From Oscillibacter sp. (GTDB lineage Bacteria > Bacillota > Clostridia > Oscillospirales > Oscillospiraceae), in NCBI GenBank assembly GCA_017527365.1, contig JAFXQD010000090.1, forward strand, positions 1,568-65,567: a stretch of DNA of 64,000 bases, read 5' to 3'. Positions 19,232-29,703 of the stretch are shown one piece after another. How positions within the stretch are numbered: position 1 is the first letter of the stretch; each line of letters starts with the position of its first letter. The translations under genes and the position numbers were made by a program. The notes below the pieces were generated by a model. The model was not told where the DNA came from, did no database searches, and saw only the letters and a list, made by a program, of their open reading frames with translations.

Positions 19232-20650
19232 ATGTCCGTTGACCGTTACGAATCGCCGTTGTCGTCGCGCTACGCGTCGGCGTTCATGCCGGAATTGTTC
19301 TCCCAGCGCCGGCGCATAGAGACTTGGCGGCGGCTATGGGTGGAGTTGGCGCGGGCGGAATCGCGCCTTGGGTTGCCGATTGCGCCCGAACAGGTCGCCG
19401 AACTGGAGGCGCACGTATCCGACATTGACTTTGACCTTGCCGCGAAACGCGAGGCGGAAGTGCGCCACGACGTGATGGCGCATATCTACGCCTACGGCAA
19501 AGCGGCGCCGTCCGCCGCCGGGATTCTTCATCTCGGCGCCACAAGCTGTTACGTCACCGACAACGCCGACCTGATTCTTTATCGGGAAGGATTGCGCTAT
19601 CTGCGCGGGGAACTGCTGGCGGTTCTAAAGAACCTGTCGGCGTTCGCGCACGAGTACCGCGCCGCGCCGACGCTCGGCTACACGCACTATCAGCCCGCCC
19701 AGCTTGTCACGGTGGGCAAACGAGCGACGCTCTGGATGCAGGACTTTTTGTCCGACTTGGAAGAGTTGGATTTCACGGCGTCGCGCATGAAATTCTTGGG
19801 CTGTCGGGGAACGACGGGCACGGAGGCGAGTTTCCTTGACCTGTTCGACGGCGACGGCGCGAAAATCGACGAAATGAACCGCATGATTTCCGCCGCGTTC
19901 GGGTTCGAGGCGTGTTACCCGGTGTCGGGGCAGACCTACCCCCGCAAGACGGACAGCGCGATTTTGAACGCCCTAAGCGCAATCGCGCAAAGCGCCTATC
20001 GCATGGCGAACGACATCCGCCTTTTGCAACATGACCGCCAACTGGAAGAGCCGTTCGAGAAACATCAAATCGGGTCGTCGGCTATGGCGTACAAGCGCAA
20101 CCCCATGCGCTGCGAGCGGATTTGTTCGCTTTCGCGCTATCTGATGGCGGACGCCGCCAACGCCCCTATGACCGCTTCCGTCCAATGGCTGGAGCGCACC
20201 CTTGACGATTCCGCGAACCGCCGCATATCCCTGCCGGAAGGCTTCCTGTGCGCCGACGCCGTGCTCCGCCTCTGCCGCAACGTCACGGACGGGCTCCGCG
20301 TCAACGAAAAGATTGTGGACAAAGCCTGCCGGGAGTACCTGCCCTTCATCGCCACGGAAAACCTAATGATGGAGGCGGTCAAGCGCGGCGGAGACCGCCA
20401 GCAGTTGCATGAAATCATCCGTACTTGTTCCATGGAGGCAACTTTGAGAATGCGCGAGGGCGGGGCGTGCGATTTGCTTGACAGGCTGTCGCGTGAGGCG
20501 GCGTTCGGCATGAGCCGCGAGGAGATGGAAGCCTTATTGGAGCCGTCGCGCTATATCGGGCGGTGCCCCGAACAGGTGGACGCGTTCCTAAAGCAAGTCG
20601 AGCCGCTGTTAGGCGGCGCGAGCGCCGGAGCCGCGGAAATCAACGTCTGA
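19232..20650 (+). CDS. purB: adenylosuccinate lyase
   Basis: Fumarate-lyase signature GSSAMAYKRNP. Length and N-terminus (YESPLSSRYAS..) are typical of PurB. Confidence 0.95.
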   Translation: MSVDRYESPLSSRYASAFMPELFSQRRRIETWRRLWVELARAESRLGLPIAPEQVAELEAHVSDIDFDLAAKREAEVRHDVMAHIYAYGKAAPSAAGILHLGATSCYVTDNADLILYREGLRYLRGELLAVLKNLSAFAHEYRAAPTLGYTHYQPAQLVTVGKRATLWMQDFLSDLEELDFTASRMKFLGCRGTTGTEASFLDLFDGDGAKIDEMNRMISAAFGFEACYPVSGQTYPRKTDSAILNALSAIAQSAYRMANDIRLLQHDRQLEEPFEKHQIGSSAMAYKRNPMRCERICSLSRYLMADAANAPMTASVQWLERTLDDSANRRISLPEGFLCADAVLRLCRNVTDGLRVNEKIVDKACREYLPFIATENLMMEAVKRGGDRQQLHEIIRTCSMEATLRMREGGACDLLDRLSREAAFGMSREEMEALLEPSRYIGRCPEQVDAFLKQVEPLLGGASAGAAEINV

Positions 20651-20720
20651 CGGCGCGGGCGCATAATACGGCGCGTTCGGGGCATGATGGCTTTACGCCT
20701 TACAAGGAGGATTGACCGCC

Positions 20721-21533
20721 ATGCCGCGAACCCGCCGATTATTTCTGCTCTGCCTTTTGCCGCTTCTATGCGTTCTGTTCTGCGCCGCGCTCTACCGCAA
20801 CGCCAGACAAAAAACGTTCGCCGCGTCGGGCGCCGCCGCCGTTCCGGCGTCCGCCGCCAACTGGGGGCTGTCGTTCCCCAAAGAGGGGGAATCGCCTATC
20901 GGCAACGCTACGCAAGAAGAGTTGTCGCGCTACGACGCGCATTTTTTAGGCGACACCGGAAAGAAAGTCCTGTATCTAACCTTCGACTGCGGCTATGAGA
21001 ACGGCTGCACGGAGCCGATTTTAGACGCGCTCAAGAAGCACAACGCGCCGGGGGCGTTTTTCGTCGTGGGGAACATGGTCGAGACCGCGCCGGACATCGT
21101 GCGGCGCATGGGCGACGAGGGGCACATCGTCGGCAACCACACCTACCACCACCCGGACATGTCGAAAATCGCCGCGCAGGAGGATTTCGAGCAGGAATTG
21201 GAAAGCCTCGCCGCGCTCTACCGGGAAACGACGGGGCGCGAGCTGTCGCACTACTACCGCCCGCCGCAGGGCAAATACAGCATAGAAAATCTCAAACAGG
21301 CGCAGGCGTTAGGCTATAAAACCATTTTCTGGAGCCTCGCATACGTGGACTGGTACCAAGACAACCAGCCGACGCACGAGGCGGCTTACGCGAAACTTCT
21401 GCCGCGCATCCACAACGGCGCGATTGTGCTTTTGCACTCCACCTCCCGCACGAACGCCGAGATTTTAGACGACCTTCTGACGCGCTGGGAATCCATGGGC
21501 TTTACGTTCGCCTCGCTGGACGACTTGCCGTAA
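20721..21533 (+). CDS. pdaA: polysaccharide deacetylase, PdaA-like (delta-lactam-biosynthetic de-N-acetylase type)
   Basis: NodB domain: LTFDCGYENGCT..ILDALKKHNAPGAFFVVG..GHIVGNHTYHHPDM. N-terminal signal/anchor. The ATG at 20721 lies 10 nt after AGGAGG. Confidence 0.75.
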   Translation: MPRTRRLFLLCLLPLLCVLFCAALYRNARQKTFAASGAAAVPASAANWGLSFPKEGESPIGNATQEELSRYDAHFLGDTGKKVLYLTFDCGYENGCTEPILDALKKHNAPGAFFVVGNMVETAPDIVRRMGDEGHIVGNHTYHHPDMSKIAAQEDFEQELESLAALYRETTGRELSHYYRPPQGKYSIENLKQAQALGYKTIFWSLAYVDWYQDNQPTHEAAYAKLLPRIHNGAIVLLHSTSRTNAEILDDLLTRWESMGFTFASLDDLP

Positions 21534-21570
21534 CGCAGAGGACGCGCAACCCGCCGACGGTTGCGCGTCC

Positions 21571-22269
21571 TTATTCGTCCGTTTCGATATAAAGCCAGTC
21601 GTAATACAACAGCAGGACGGAAACGCCCGCGCCGACAATCAGCGGCCCCGCCGCGAACCGCAGGGCGAACAGCGCCAACAGGCGCTGGGCATTCCATTCG
21701 CCCCAAAGCAGGGCTTGCAGGGCGGCGAAAACGAACAGCGCTTCCCGCGACAGTCCACGGTGGGCAAGCAGGAACAGTCGCGGGTCGTCGGGGAAGCGCA
21801 GGCGCGTTAGGGCGCAGAGCGCCGCCCCGGCGAACGCGGGCAACGCCGCCCGCACAATGTCCGCTATCGGAAACGGCATACGGGCGGTCAGCACGTTGAG
21901 CGGATGTATCAGCGCGAACGAACAGGCGGCGTAAATCAGGGCATAGAGCAGGCTTAACAGGAACGCGGCGCGGCGTTGGGCGGGCGTCTCCCGCGCCTTC
22001 GGACATAACGCTTCCCGGAACGTCATGTCCGCCAAGGACGCCTTTGTGATAATTTGCGGCTTTTGCTTTGTCCGTGTTGCCAACGGCGGATAGCGTCCGG
22101 GTTTGACGGGCGGGACATAGGGCGGGGGCGGCGTTTTGCCCCGCGCCGACTGGTAGGGCGATACGTAAGGGCGGGGGGGCGTCGTCGGGGGGCGGCGTTC
22201 CGGGGGCGGCGCGTTTCTTCTCGCGGCGTTGCGTCCCGGCGGACGGGCGCCTTGTCTTTCTTTCTCCAT
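21571..22269 (-). CDS. hypothetical membrane protein with a Pro-rich N-terminal region
   Basis: The start is taken at the internal ATG (MEKERQ..). A Pro/Arg-rich region of about 90 aa is followed by several hydrophobic helices. No recognised motif. Confidence 0.4.
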   Translation of the reverse strand: MEKERQGARPPGRNAARRNAPPPERRPPTTPPRPYVSPYQSARGKTPPPPYVPPVKPGRYPPLATRTKQKPQIITKASLADMTFREALCPKARETPAQRRAAFLLSLLYALIYAACSFALIHPLNVLTARMPFPIADIVRAALPAFAGAALCALTRLRFPDDPRLFLLAHRGLSREALFVFAALQALLWGEWNAQRLLALFALRFAAGPLIVGAGVSVLLLYYDWLYIETDE

Positions 22270-22487
22270 GCGCCCGTCTCCTCTCCCCGCTGTAATCCCG
22301 CCCGCCGTATCCGGCGGCGCGCATACGATTATAGACAGTTCCGCCGCCGCTGTCAATCTCCGTTTCGACAACCTTAGATTCCGCTTGCAAAGGCGCGGAA
22401 AATCTGATATACTGCCCGACGGTATGCGCGTCGGGCGCAAAACGTCCGGCCGCACGGTGTAAAGTTCACTTCTGCGGAGGTTTTACT

Positions 22488-23234
22488 ATGCCAAAGAACA
22501 AAAAAAGCGGCTCCGTCCGGGGCGGACGCCGCGCATCGTCGGAAGCTCTGGCCATGCGTTCGCTTGTGTGCGGCTGCGCGGCGGAAGTCTTTCTTTTCGT
22601 CGTGCGCCGCCACGCCAACGGAACCATGAATCAGGTGGTCATCTGGAACGAACGCTATCTTCCGATTCTGGCGGGCGCGGGGGTGGCTCTGCTGGCTGTC
22701 GGCGCAATATGGATTGGCTTACAGCGCGGAGACCGCTTCAAGCGGGCGCCCGGAGCATACGCGGCGGGCGCCGGGATTTTCGTGGCGCTGTCCGCCCTGT
22801 TGGCCATTCGCAACCTGACGTTTTTGGATTACCTGATTGTCCTTGTCCCCGCGACCGCGTTTATAGGGATTATCTGGGGGCTTTACGACAGGGAGTGCGC
22901 CTTGTCGCTGACGGCGCTGGGCGCGGGCGTTATGGCGACGTGGATTTTTTCCCGTTCCATGCAGCCGTTTTCCCCCTACCTGACCCTCTCGAAATGCTTC
23001 GCCGTCGTCCTGCTGGCGGCGCTGGCCGCGCTGTTCTACTTCTTATGGAGCGGCAGACTGAACCGCTTCCTCGCGCCAAAGTCGGACACGCTCCTGCTCT
23101 ACTTGTCGCTGGCTCTGGCGTTCGCCGGAATCTTGGCAAGCCTTGTCAGCGTGGGGGCGGCGGGCTACGCCATGTGGACGCTCGCGCTTGCGGCGTTCGG
23201 CCTTCTGGTTTACTATACAATGAAACAAATCTGA
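22488..23234 (+). CDS. hypothetical polytopic membrane protein
   Basis: GGAGG SD 8 nt upstream. At least 6 predicted hydrophobic helices. No recognised motif. Confidence 0.45.
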   Translation: MPKNKKSGSVRGGRRASSEALAMRSLVCGCAAEVFLFVVRRHANGTMNQVVIWNERYLPILAGAGVALLAVGAIWIGLQRGDRFKRAPGAYAAGAGIFVALSALLAIRNLTFLDYLIVLVPATAFIGIIWGLYDRECALSLTALGAGVMATWIFSRSMQPFSPYLTLSKCFAVVLLAALAALFYFLWSGRLNRFLAPKSDTLLLYLSLALAFAGILASLVSVGAAGYAMWTLALAAFGLLVYYTMKQI

Positions 23235-23282
23235 ACGCTACGGACGCCCCTGTGACCGAACGTCGCAGGGGCGTTTCGCGTG

Positions 23283-24752
23283 TCAGGCGGACGGATTCTC
23301 CGCCGCTTCCGGGCGAACTTTCGACGGCTCTTCCCTTTCTTTTCGGGAATTGGCTTCCCGTACCCCGCCGACAAAGCCGACGCAGAGATAACCTAAGAAC
23401 AGCAGGGCTTGCAACACTGCCATAACTTTGATGATTCCGCCCAGACCGGGAGCCTCATGCACGGCGGGAAGCAGTATGGGCACCTGATTGGAAAAGGCTG
23501 CCCTTTCGTAATACTCGTTCGCCGTCAAAGAAACGTTTTTCGCCAATTCGGTGATTTTTTGATTCAGCGATTCCAAATCCGCTTTTACGGCTTCCACGTC
23601 CTCCGGGTTGGACGCGCCGCCGTCGGCCTGACGGAAGCCCTCTATGACGGTCTCATAATAAGCAATCGAGCGGTTATAGGAAGCAATCTGGGCTTGCGCG
23701 TCCAGTTTCTCTTGAATCATGGCATCGTAGGCGGCGTTGAGGTTTTCCAAGCCCGGCGCCACGGAAGCGCCCTCCGCCCCCGCCAGAATGACGATGGAAT
23801 CTTTTTCATAAGCGTTGATGGAATCCGTCAGGGATTCGAGCCGGGTTCGCTGCACGGCTCTGCTCCGGGCGATGTTTTCAATCAGCCATTCGTAATAGGT
23901 AATCTGCACGTCCGGGGGGTTGGAGGAAACGCTGTGAATCACGATATAGGAAGTAACGCGGTCCAAGTCGATTCCTTTCAACGAGGAGGCGAGGTTTGAC
24001 AGGTCGGAAAACGTAAGGCCCGTCTGATTGGAGCGGAACGCGCCGGCGCCGCTCCCGCCGCTCACTTGGGAGATGTAGGACGATATGTCGCCGAGGGCGG
24101 TGTCAAAAATATTGGCGGCTTCGGCGTAATCGTACTCGCGGTAATCAATGGCGCCGAGCGGGTTTCGCAGGGTCGAATTGCTGTTGTAGACGGCGACGCA
24201 ATAGTCCTGATAAGCGCGCAATAAGGCGTTCAAGAAGTTGGCGCCGTCCTTTTGGCTCATGCCCGCCGAGGGATAATCAAAAGAGATAATATAATCCGAG
24301 ACTTGATAACTTGTGCTCAACAGCGCGTTGAGCGCGTCCAGTTTGTCCGTTTGCTTCGAGGCCGCGTTGTAATACATGGACATCCGCTCGCGGACGCTGT
24401 TGGGAATCAGGCCCTCGATGTTTATCGCTTTTCGGATACTCTCCAAAGCCGAGGTTTCCATTCCCGTCTCGTTAAGGGCGTCCTCTATCACGCCGGGGGA
24501 GCTGACTTTGGCAATGTCATACCCCGACGGAATTCGAACCGCCGCTTTGAGTTCTTTTCCCATGAGGTATCTCCGCGCAAGAAGCCCGCAAGCTCCCGAC
24601 AGGGAACCTAACGCAACCGCCAGACAAAGCCACACGGCAAACCAGCGCTTCAAATGCCGGAAAATCGCCCCAAAGTCTACGGTCAGCTCGCCGCCGTCGT
24701 TTTCGTCCTCCTCGCGGACAATCCGCAGAAACACGTTTTTTTCGTCGCCCAT
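23283..24752 (-). CDS. Wzz/PCP-like (polysaccharide chain-length determinant-like) membrane protein, paralogue 1
   Basis: Wzz-like N-terminus (..IFRHLKRWFAVWLCLAVALGSL + TM), a large extracytoplasmic region with coiled-coil character, and a C-terminal TM plus charged tail. Clear paralogue of 24776..26221. Confidence 0.5.
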   Translation of the reverse strand: MGDEKNVFLRIVREEDENDGGELTVDFGAIFRHLKRWFAVWLCLAVALGSLSGACGLLARRYLMGKELKAAVRIPSGYDIAKVSSPGVIEDALNETGMETSALESIRKAINIEGLIPNSVRERMSMYYNAASKQTDKLDALNALLSTSYQVSDYIISFDYPSAGMSQKDGANFLNALLRAYQDYCVAVYNSNSTLRNPLGAIDYREYDYAEAANIFDTALGDISSYISQVSGGSGAGAFRSNQTGLTFSDLSNLASSLKGIDLDRVTSYIVIHSVSSNPPDVQITYYEWLIENIARSRAVQRTRLESLTDSINAYEKDSIVILAGAEGASVAPGLENLNAAYDAMIQEKLDAQAQIASYNRSIAYYETVIEGFRQADGGASNPEDVEAVKADLESLNQKITELAKNVSLTANEYYERAAFSNQVPILLPAVHEAPGLGGIIKVMAVLQALLFLGYLCVGFVGGVREANSRKEREEPSKVRPEAAENPSA

Positions 24753-24775
24753 CCGAATTTTCGCTCCTTTCTTAG

Positions 24776-26221
24776 TTATTGCGCCGCCGCCGTCGCCCTT
24801 TCGCCGTCTTCCCGCGCAGAATCGGCGCCGCGCCGTTTTTTCCGGCTCGGAGCGAAAACGCTATTAAGAACACACAGGATATAAACGCCGAACAACAGAG
24901 CTTCCGTAATGATAATGTCCTTGGCGGCGCCCATAACGGCGGAGATACTCCACAACGAGGGTACTTCCGGCTCCTCAAGCGTCTGCACGGCGCGTTTCAG
25001 CTCCTCCGTCTTGAAAAACTCGTCCGCAGTGAGCCGGATGTCCTGCAAAAGCAGATTGATTTTTTCGTAAACAGCCCCCAAGCGGGTTTCCACGACCTCA
25101 AAGTTTCCGGTGGGCTGGCTTTCCTGAAGGCGCTCTATCCGGCGGGTGAAAAGGGCAATCTGCTCGCTCGTCTCGCTCATGTCGGTCTGACAGGCAATCT
25201 TTTGACTGACAAGGCTGTCGTACATGGCGGAAGGCTGGGTGTACTCGTAAGACGGAAGGGAGCCGTCTTCGGTTGCGCCCGCCACGTTGGGGAAGATTGC
25301 GCTCGTTTTGTTGTAGCTCTCAATCAATTCGTTGAGGGTGAACAGGCGGGCGTCCTGTTGGGCAAGCGCCCTTTCGGCGTCCTGAATCTTGTACCGATAG
25401 TAGTCAATCAGGTTGTCCTTATCTTTAGTCATATTGTTGCTGGTAATGTACGCGTCAAGCCATTGCAAGTCCTCGGAGCGGATAACGTCGATGGCGCCGA
25501 CGAGGTCGGAGAAGGAATAGCCCGTTTCCTTTGAGACAAACCTTGCCTTGTCCCTGTCGGACAGCCGCGCAACGTAGGCGCGAATCGAGGACAGGCGGTT
25601 CCGCAAAATTTCCACGGCGTCAACGTAGTCATAGGCTTGGTAGTCCATATCCGACCAAATCAGTTCCATGGCTTCGTTGTGTCCGTAGGTCTTATAGAAA
25701 CTCGCCCCATACGCGTCCAGAAGCGCGGTTAAGAACTCCGCGCCTTGCTTGGGGGAGAGCCCGGCGTCCTGATAGCGGAACGTCACCGTATACTGGGATG
25801 GGAAATAAGCCGATTCCTTGACTTCCTCCGTCTCCGCAATCTCGTCTTCCCCGTAAATGGAAGTATTCGTCAGCATTCGCTCCAGCGCGTCCTCCGGAAT
25901 CGCCCCCGCCACAATGAGCGCTTCCCGGACGCGTTCGGCGTCTTCGCCCTCCAAGGTTACGCCGACGGCTTGCGCCGCCTGCCGAACCAGTTCCTCGCTT
26001 TTCATTTCCGACGGGTCAAAGCGGTTTCCGTCCGGGTTGAGGCCTTGTTCCACGCCGTCGTAGCTGAAGCTCACGACCGCCGAACACACTCCTTTTTCCG
26101 TGAAAAAAAGCGTGCGCGCAAGCGTCACGAGGACAAGCGCGGCGACAAATAGGCCCAGCCATTGTATGAACGTGCCTTTCAAGCGGGATAAGATACGGCG
26201 CCCGAAAGAATCGGATTCCAT
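24776..26221 (-). CDS. Wzz/PCP-like membrane protein, paralogue 2
   Basis: Same architecture as the gene downstream. Blocks align by eye (e.g. YQAYDYVDAVEIL vs YREYDYAEAANIF; TGYSFSDL vs TGLTFSDL; IDYYRYKIQD vs ITYYEWLIEN). Confidence 0.5.
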   Translation of the reverse strand: MESDSFGRRILSRLKGTFIQWLGLFVAALVLVTLARTLFFTEKGVCSAVVSFSYDGVEQGLNPDGNRFDPSEMKSEELVRQAAQAVGVTLEGEDAERVREALIVAGAIPEDALERMLTNTSIYGEDEIAETEEVKESAYFPSQYTVTFRYQDAGLSPKQGAEFLTALLDAYGASFYKTYGHNEAMELIWSDMDYQAYDYVDAVEILRNRLSSIRAYVARLSDRDKARFVSKETGYSFSDLVGAIDVIRSEDLQWLDAYITSNNMTKDKDNLIDYYRYKIQDAERALAQQDARLFTLNELIESYNKTSAIFPNVAGATEDGSLPSYEYTQPSAMYDSLVSQKIACQTDMSETSEQIALFTRRIERLQESQPTGNFEVVETRLGAVYEKINLLLQDIRLTADEFFKTEELKRAVQTLEEPEVPSLWSISAVMGAAKDIIITEALLFGVYILCVLNSVFAPSRKKRRGADSAREDGERATAAAQ

Positions 26222-26522
26222 TGTTTCATCGCCCCTTTGTTAGATAAACTGCTCTTCCAAGCGCAACCCCGCATGAAAGCCGCGACGTTCGCGGGGGCGC
26301 GGACTGCGGAAGAATCGGGGGAATCGCGTCGGGAAACAAACGGCGGCGGATTTCCCCTAATTTTGTACTTTATCACATTCCCATTGCGCCGTCAAGGTCT
26401 GTTTATGGGATAGAGCCGGAAATTTTCATGGAAAAAAACGGCGGTCGGGGCAGAGCGGGACGCCCGGCGGCTGTGCCGTCGGGCGCCTGATGATACGGGC
26501 TTGCCGCAGTTATCGCGGACGG

Positions 26523-27653
26523 TCAAGCCCGCAAGCCGAGCGCGTCGCAGGCGCGCCGGAGCTCGTCGCGGATGGCGATATGCTGGGGGCAGACCTCCTC
26601 GCAGGCGCCGCATTGCACGCACTGCGCCGCGCTCTTGCGCCCGTGCCCGCCGACCAGCCAATTTTCCTGCCCGACCGCCTTTTCCTTGTCGCGGTAGAGC
26701 GTCAGGAGGTTCATGGCGGCGAACGTGCCGGAAATGCCGATGTCGTTGGGGCAGACTTTCGCGCAGTAGTTGCAGGTCGTGCACGGAATGAGCGGAATGG
26801 CGCGCAAAGCCTCCTGCGCCTTGCCCATAACGGCTTTCTGCGCGTCGGAGAGCCCGTGAAAGTCGCGCATGGCGGCAAGGTTGTCGTCCATCTGCCCCAA
26901 CGTGCTCATGCCGGAGAGCACGGTAATGACGCCGGGCAAACTCGCGGCGAAGCGCACCGCCCACGACGCCGGGGACGCGCCCGGTTCGGCGGCTTGCAAA
27001 ATTTTCCGCACGCTGTCGGGCGGGTTGGCGAGCATTCCGCCCTTGACGGGCTCCATAATCACGACGGGCTTGCCGTGCTTGCGGGCGACTTCATAACAGC
27101 CCCGCGACTGAATGGCGGGGTTTTCCCAGTCGGCGTAGTTGATTTGGAGCTGTACGAACTCCGCCTCCGGGTGGGCGGTCAGGATTGCGTCGAGCTCTTC
27201 CGGGGTGGAGTGGAACGAGAAGCCGACGTGCCGAATGAGCCCCTCCCGCTTCTTTTCCTGCGCGAAGTTCCACAGGTCGAAGTCGTCGAAGAAATGCGTC
27301 CGGTGTTCGCCGAGGTTGTGCAGAAGGTAGAAGTCGAAGTAGCCCGCGCCCGTGCGCCGCAGGGACGTTTCAAACTGCGCGATTGCGTCCCCGCGGGTCT
27401 TGCAGCCAATCCAAGCGGCGTTTTTCGTGGCAAGTTGGAACTTCTCGCGGGGATAGCGTTCCACCAGCGCCTGACGAATCGCCTCCTCGCTGCCCTCATA
27501 CGCCCACGCGGTGTCGAAGTACGTAAAGCCCGCCGCGAGGAAACGGTCAACCATTTCCTTAATTTGCCCCATGTCGAACGCGCCGTCCTTTTTCGGAAGG
27601 CGCATTAATCCGAAGCCCAGTTTCCGGATGTCCTCTCCAAGATACGCCGCCAT
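26523..27653 (-). CDS. aldo/keto reductase with a C-terminal 4Fe-4S ferredoxin-type domain
   Basis: AKR N-terminus (KLGFGLMRLP..FDTAWAYEGSEE..) and two Cys clusters (CTTCNYCAKVCP, CVQCGACEEVCP). The ATG at 27653 is preceded by GGAGGA. Confidence 0.8.
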   Translation of the reverse strand: MAAYLGEDIRKLGFGLMRLPKKDGAFDMGQIKEMVDRFLAAGFTYFDTAWAYEGSEEAIRQALVERYPREKFQLATKNAAWIGCKTRGDAIAQFETSLRRTGAGYFDFYLLHNLGEHRTHFFDDFDLWNFAQEKKREGLIRHVGFSFHSTPEELDAILTAHPEAEFVQLQINYADWENPAIQSRGCYEVARKHGKPVVIMEPVKGGMLANPPDSVRKILQAAEPGASPASWAVRFAASLPGVITVLSGMSTLGQMDDNLAAMRDFHGLSDAQKAVMGKAQEALRAIPLIPCTTCNYCAKVCPNDIGISGTFAAMNLLTLYRDKEKAVGQENWLVGGHGRKSAAQCVQCGACEEVCPQHIAIRDELRRACDALGLRA

Positions 27654-27928
27654 TTCCAATTCCTCCCCGCAGGGTTGATTTTGCGCCCGCCGTCGCACGG
27701 GCGGGCGCCGCCGCTATCATACCACGCTTTGCGGAAGGCTGTCAACGGCTTGCGGGAAATTCTTTCCCCTGCGTCCTATCGGGAGCCCCCCGGCAAAAAA
27801 ACAACCCCGCGTTCCGTTTGCTTCTTGACGCGGCGGGGCGGATTGTGGTATCATAGGATACGATATAGTATCGGGAACAGGGCGAAACCTGTCGAAACAT
27901 GCGGGGCTTCATTGAGGAGGCGGTGGGC

Positions 27929-28585
27929 ATGAAAACCATTATTACTATCGGGCGGCAGTTCGGAAGCGGCGGCAAGGAAGTGGGCATTCGTGTGGCGCGG
28001 GAACTGGGGATTCCCTGTTACGATAAGGAACTTTTGAAGGAAGCCGCGAGGCAGAGCGGGCTTTCCGAAAAGATTCTGGAGAGTTTCGACGAGCGCCCTA
28101 AAAGCCTGCTCTACTCCATCGCCATGGACTCGTATATTTTCTCCCTGCCCGGCACCGGCGCGGGCGATTCCCTCGAACAGCAAGTGTATTTAGCCACGTT
28201 TGACACCATCCGCAACCTTGCGGAAAAAGGTCCCTGCGTCATTATCGGGCGTTGCGCCGATTACGCGCTGTCGGAGAACCCGAACCTTCTGCGCCTGTTC
28301 GTCTACGCGCCCATGCCGGAGCGCGTCAAGCGCGTGGCGGAGCGCCAGAACCTTTCGCCGGAGAAGGCCAAGACGCTGATTCAAAAGACCGACCGCCGCC
28401 GCGCCTCTTATTACGAATACTATACCTCGCGGGGGTGGGGCGAACCGGAAAGCTACGACTTCTGCCTGAACTCCGGAAGCCTCGGACTGGGCGGAACCGT
28501 GGAGCTTGTGCGCTCCATCGTGGAGCAGAAGGAACACCCCGTGCCGAGCCCCACGGAGCAAGACCCTACGCGCACGGAAGCCTGA
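27929..28585 (+). CDS. cytidylate kinase-like family protein
   Basis: MKTIITIGRQFGSGGKEVGIRVARELGIPCYDKELL is the typical N-terminus of the AAA_28/cytidylate-kinase-like family. GAGGAGG SD upstream. Confidence 0.7.
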   Translation: MKTIITIGRQFGSGGKEVGIRVARELGIPCYDKELLKEAARQSGLSEKILESFDERPKSLLYSIAMDSYIFSLPGTGAGDSLEQQVYLATFDTIRNLAEKGPCVIIGRCADYALSENPNLLRLFVYAPMPERVKRVAERQNLSPEKAKTLIQKTDRRRASYYEYYTSRGWGEPESYDFCLNSGSLGLGGTVELVRSIVEQKEHPVPSPTEQDPTRTEA

Positions 28586-28662
28586 AAGGCGCGCCGCGCA
28601 CGGCAACAACCCGCGCCGAATCCGGGCGCGGATTGGAATAAACTTAGTAAGGAGCGGGGACT

Positions 28663-29703
28663 ATGAGCGAAAACGAAAACAGCCCGAAAACACTGCGCCG
28701 CATTGGCGTGTTGACCAGCGGCGGCGACGCCCCCGGCATGAACGCGGCGGTTCGCGCCGTCGTGCGGGAAGCCCTGACCAACGACGTGGAGTGCGTCGGA
28801 ATCCGGCGCGGCTACAACGGCCTGATTCGCGGCGACTACTACCTCATGCACGGGCAGGAAGTCAGCCACATCCTTTCTCGCGGCGGCACCGTGCTCTACA
28901 CCGCCCGCAGCGACGAGTTCATGACCCCGGAGGGGCGGCAGAAAGCCGTGGACGTGTGCCGCTTCTTGGGCTTGGACGGGCTTGTCACCATCGGCGGCGA
29001 CGGCACGTTCCGGGGCGCCTTGGAGCTCTCCCGGCTTGGCGTCCCCGTCGTCGGCGTCCCCGCCACCATTGACAACGACGTTGGGTGCTCCAATTACACA
29101 ATCGGCTTTGACACCGCCTGCAATACCGCCATCGAGTGCGTCGACCGCCTGCGCGACACCATGTCGTCCCACGAGCGCTGTTCCATTGTGGAAGTCATGG
29201 GGCGCCGCGCCGGGTTCCTCGCGCTGTACGTCGGCATTTCCGTCGGTGCGACGGCGGTTCTGATTCCCGAACGCGACCTTGACTTTGAGAAGGACGTAAT
29301 CGAGCCCATCCGGGAGGCGAAGTTCGTCGGCAACACGCACTTTATGCTGGTCGTCGCCGAGGGCGTGTGCATGGACGAGAAGTTCCCCGGCGTCCATACC
29401 GTTTTCGACTTGGGCAACAAAATTCAGCGGGAAATCGGCATGAAGCCCACCGTCACCGTATTGGGGCACCTCCAGCGCGGCGGCAAGCCCACCGCCCGCG
29501 ACCGCGAAACCGCCAGCCGCATGGGTTACCGCGCCGTCAAGGCTCTGGCGGAAGGCCGCTACAACCTCATCATTGGCACCCAGAAGGGCAAGATTGAGGA
29601 AATCCCCATCGAGGAAGCCTTGGAAATGAAAAAGACGGTTCAAATGGAGCGCTATTACATGCTCCACGACTTGCAGAACCGCGTCCCCCGGAATTTGCGG
29701 TAA
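28663..29703 (+). CDS. pfkA: ATP-dependent 6-phosphofructokinase
   Basis: Motifs IGVLTSGGDAPGMNAA, GGDGT and PATIDNDV, with MGR in the substrate-binding region. Confidence 0.95.
   Translation: MSENENSPKTLRRIGVLTSGGDAPGMNAAVRAVVREALTNDVECVGIRRGYNGLIRGDYYLMHGQEVSHILSRGGTVLYTARSDEFMTPEGRQKAVDVCRFLGLDGLVTIGGDGTFRGALELSRLGVPVVGVPATIDNDVGCSNYTIGFDTACNTAIECVDRLRDTMSSHERCSIVEVMGRRAGFLALYVGISVGATAVLIPERDLDFEKDVIEPIREAKFVGNTHFMLVVAEGVCMDEKFPGVHTVFDLGNKIQREIGMKPTVTVLGHLQRGGKPTARDRETASRMGYRAVKALAEGRYNLIIGTQKGKIEEIPIEEALEMKKTVQMERYYMLHDLQNRVPRNLR

Noticed and set aside
27800-27850. Minus-strand terminator-like hairpin (CCCCGCCGCG..CGCGGGG followed by a T-run on the minus strand) upstream of the AKR gene
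   Set aside because: No minus-strand gene ends here, because the next gene upstream is on the plus strand. It may be an insulator or belong to the adjacent plus-strand promoter region (TTGACG..TGgTATCAT). The evidence is too weak to annotate.
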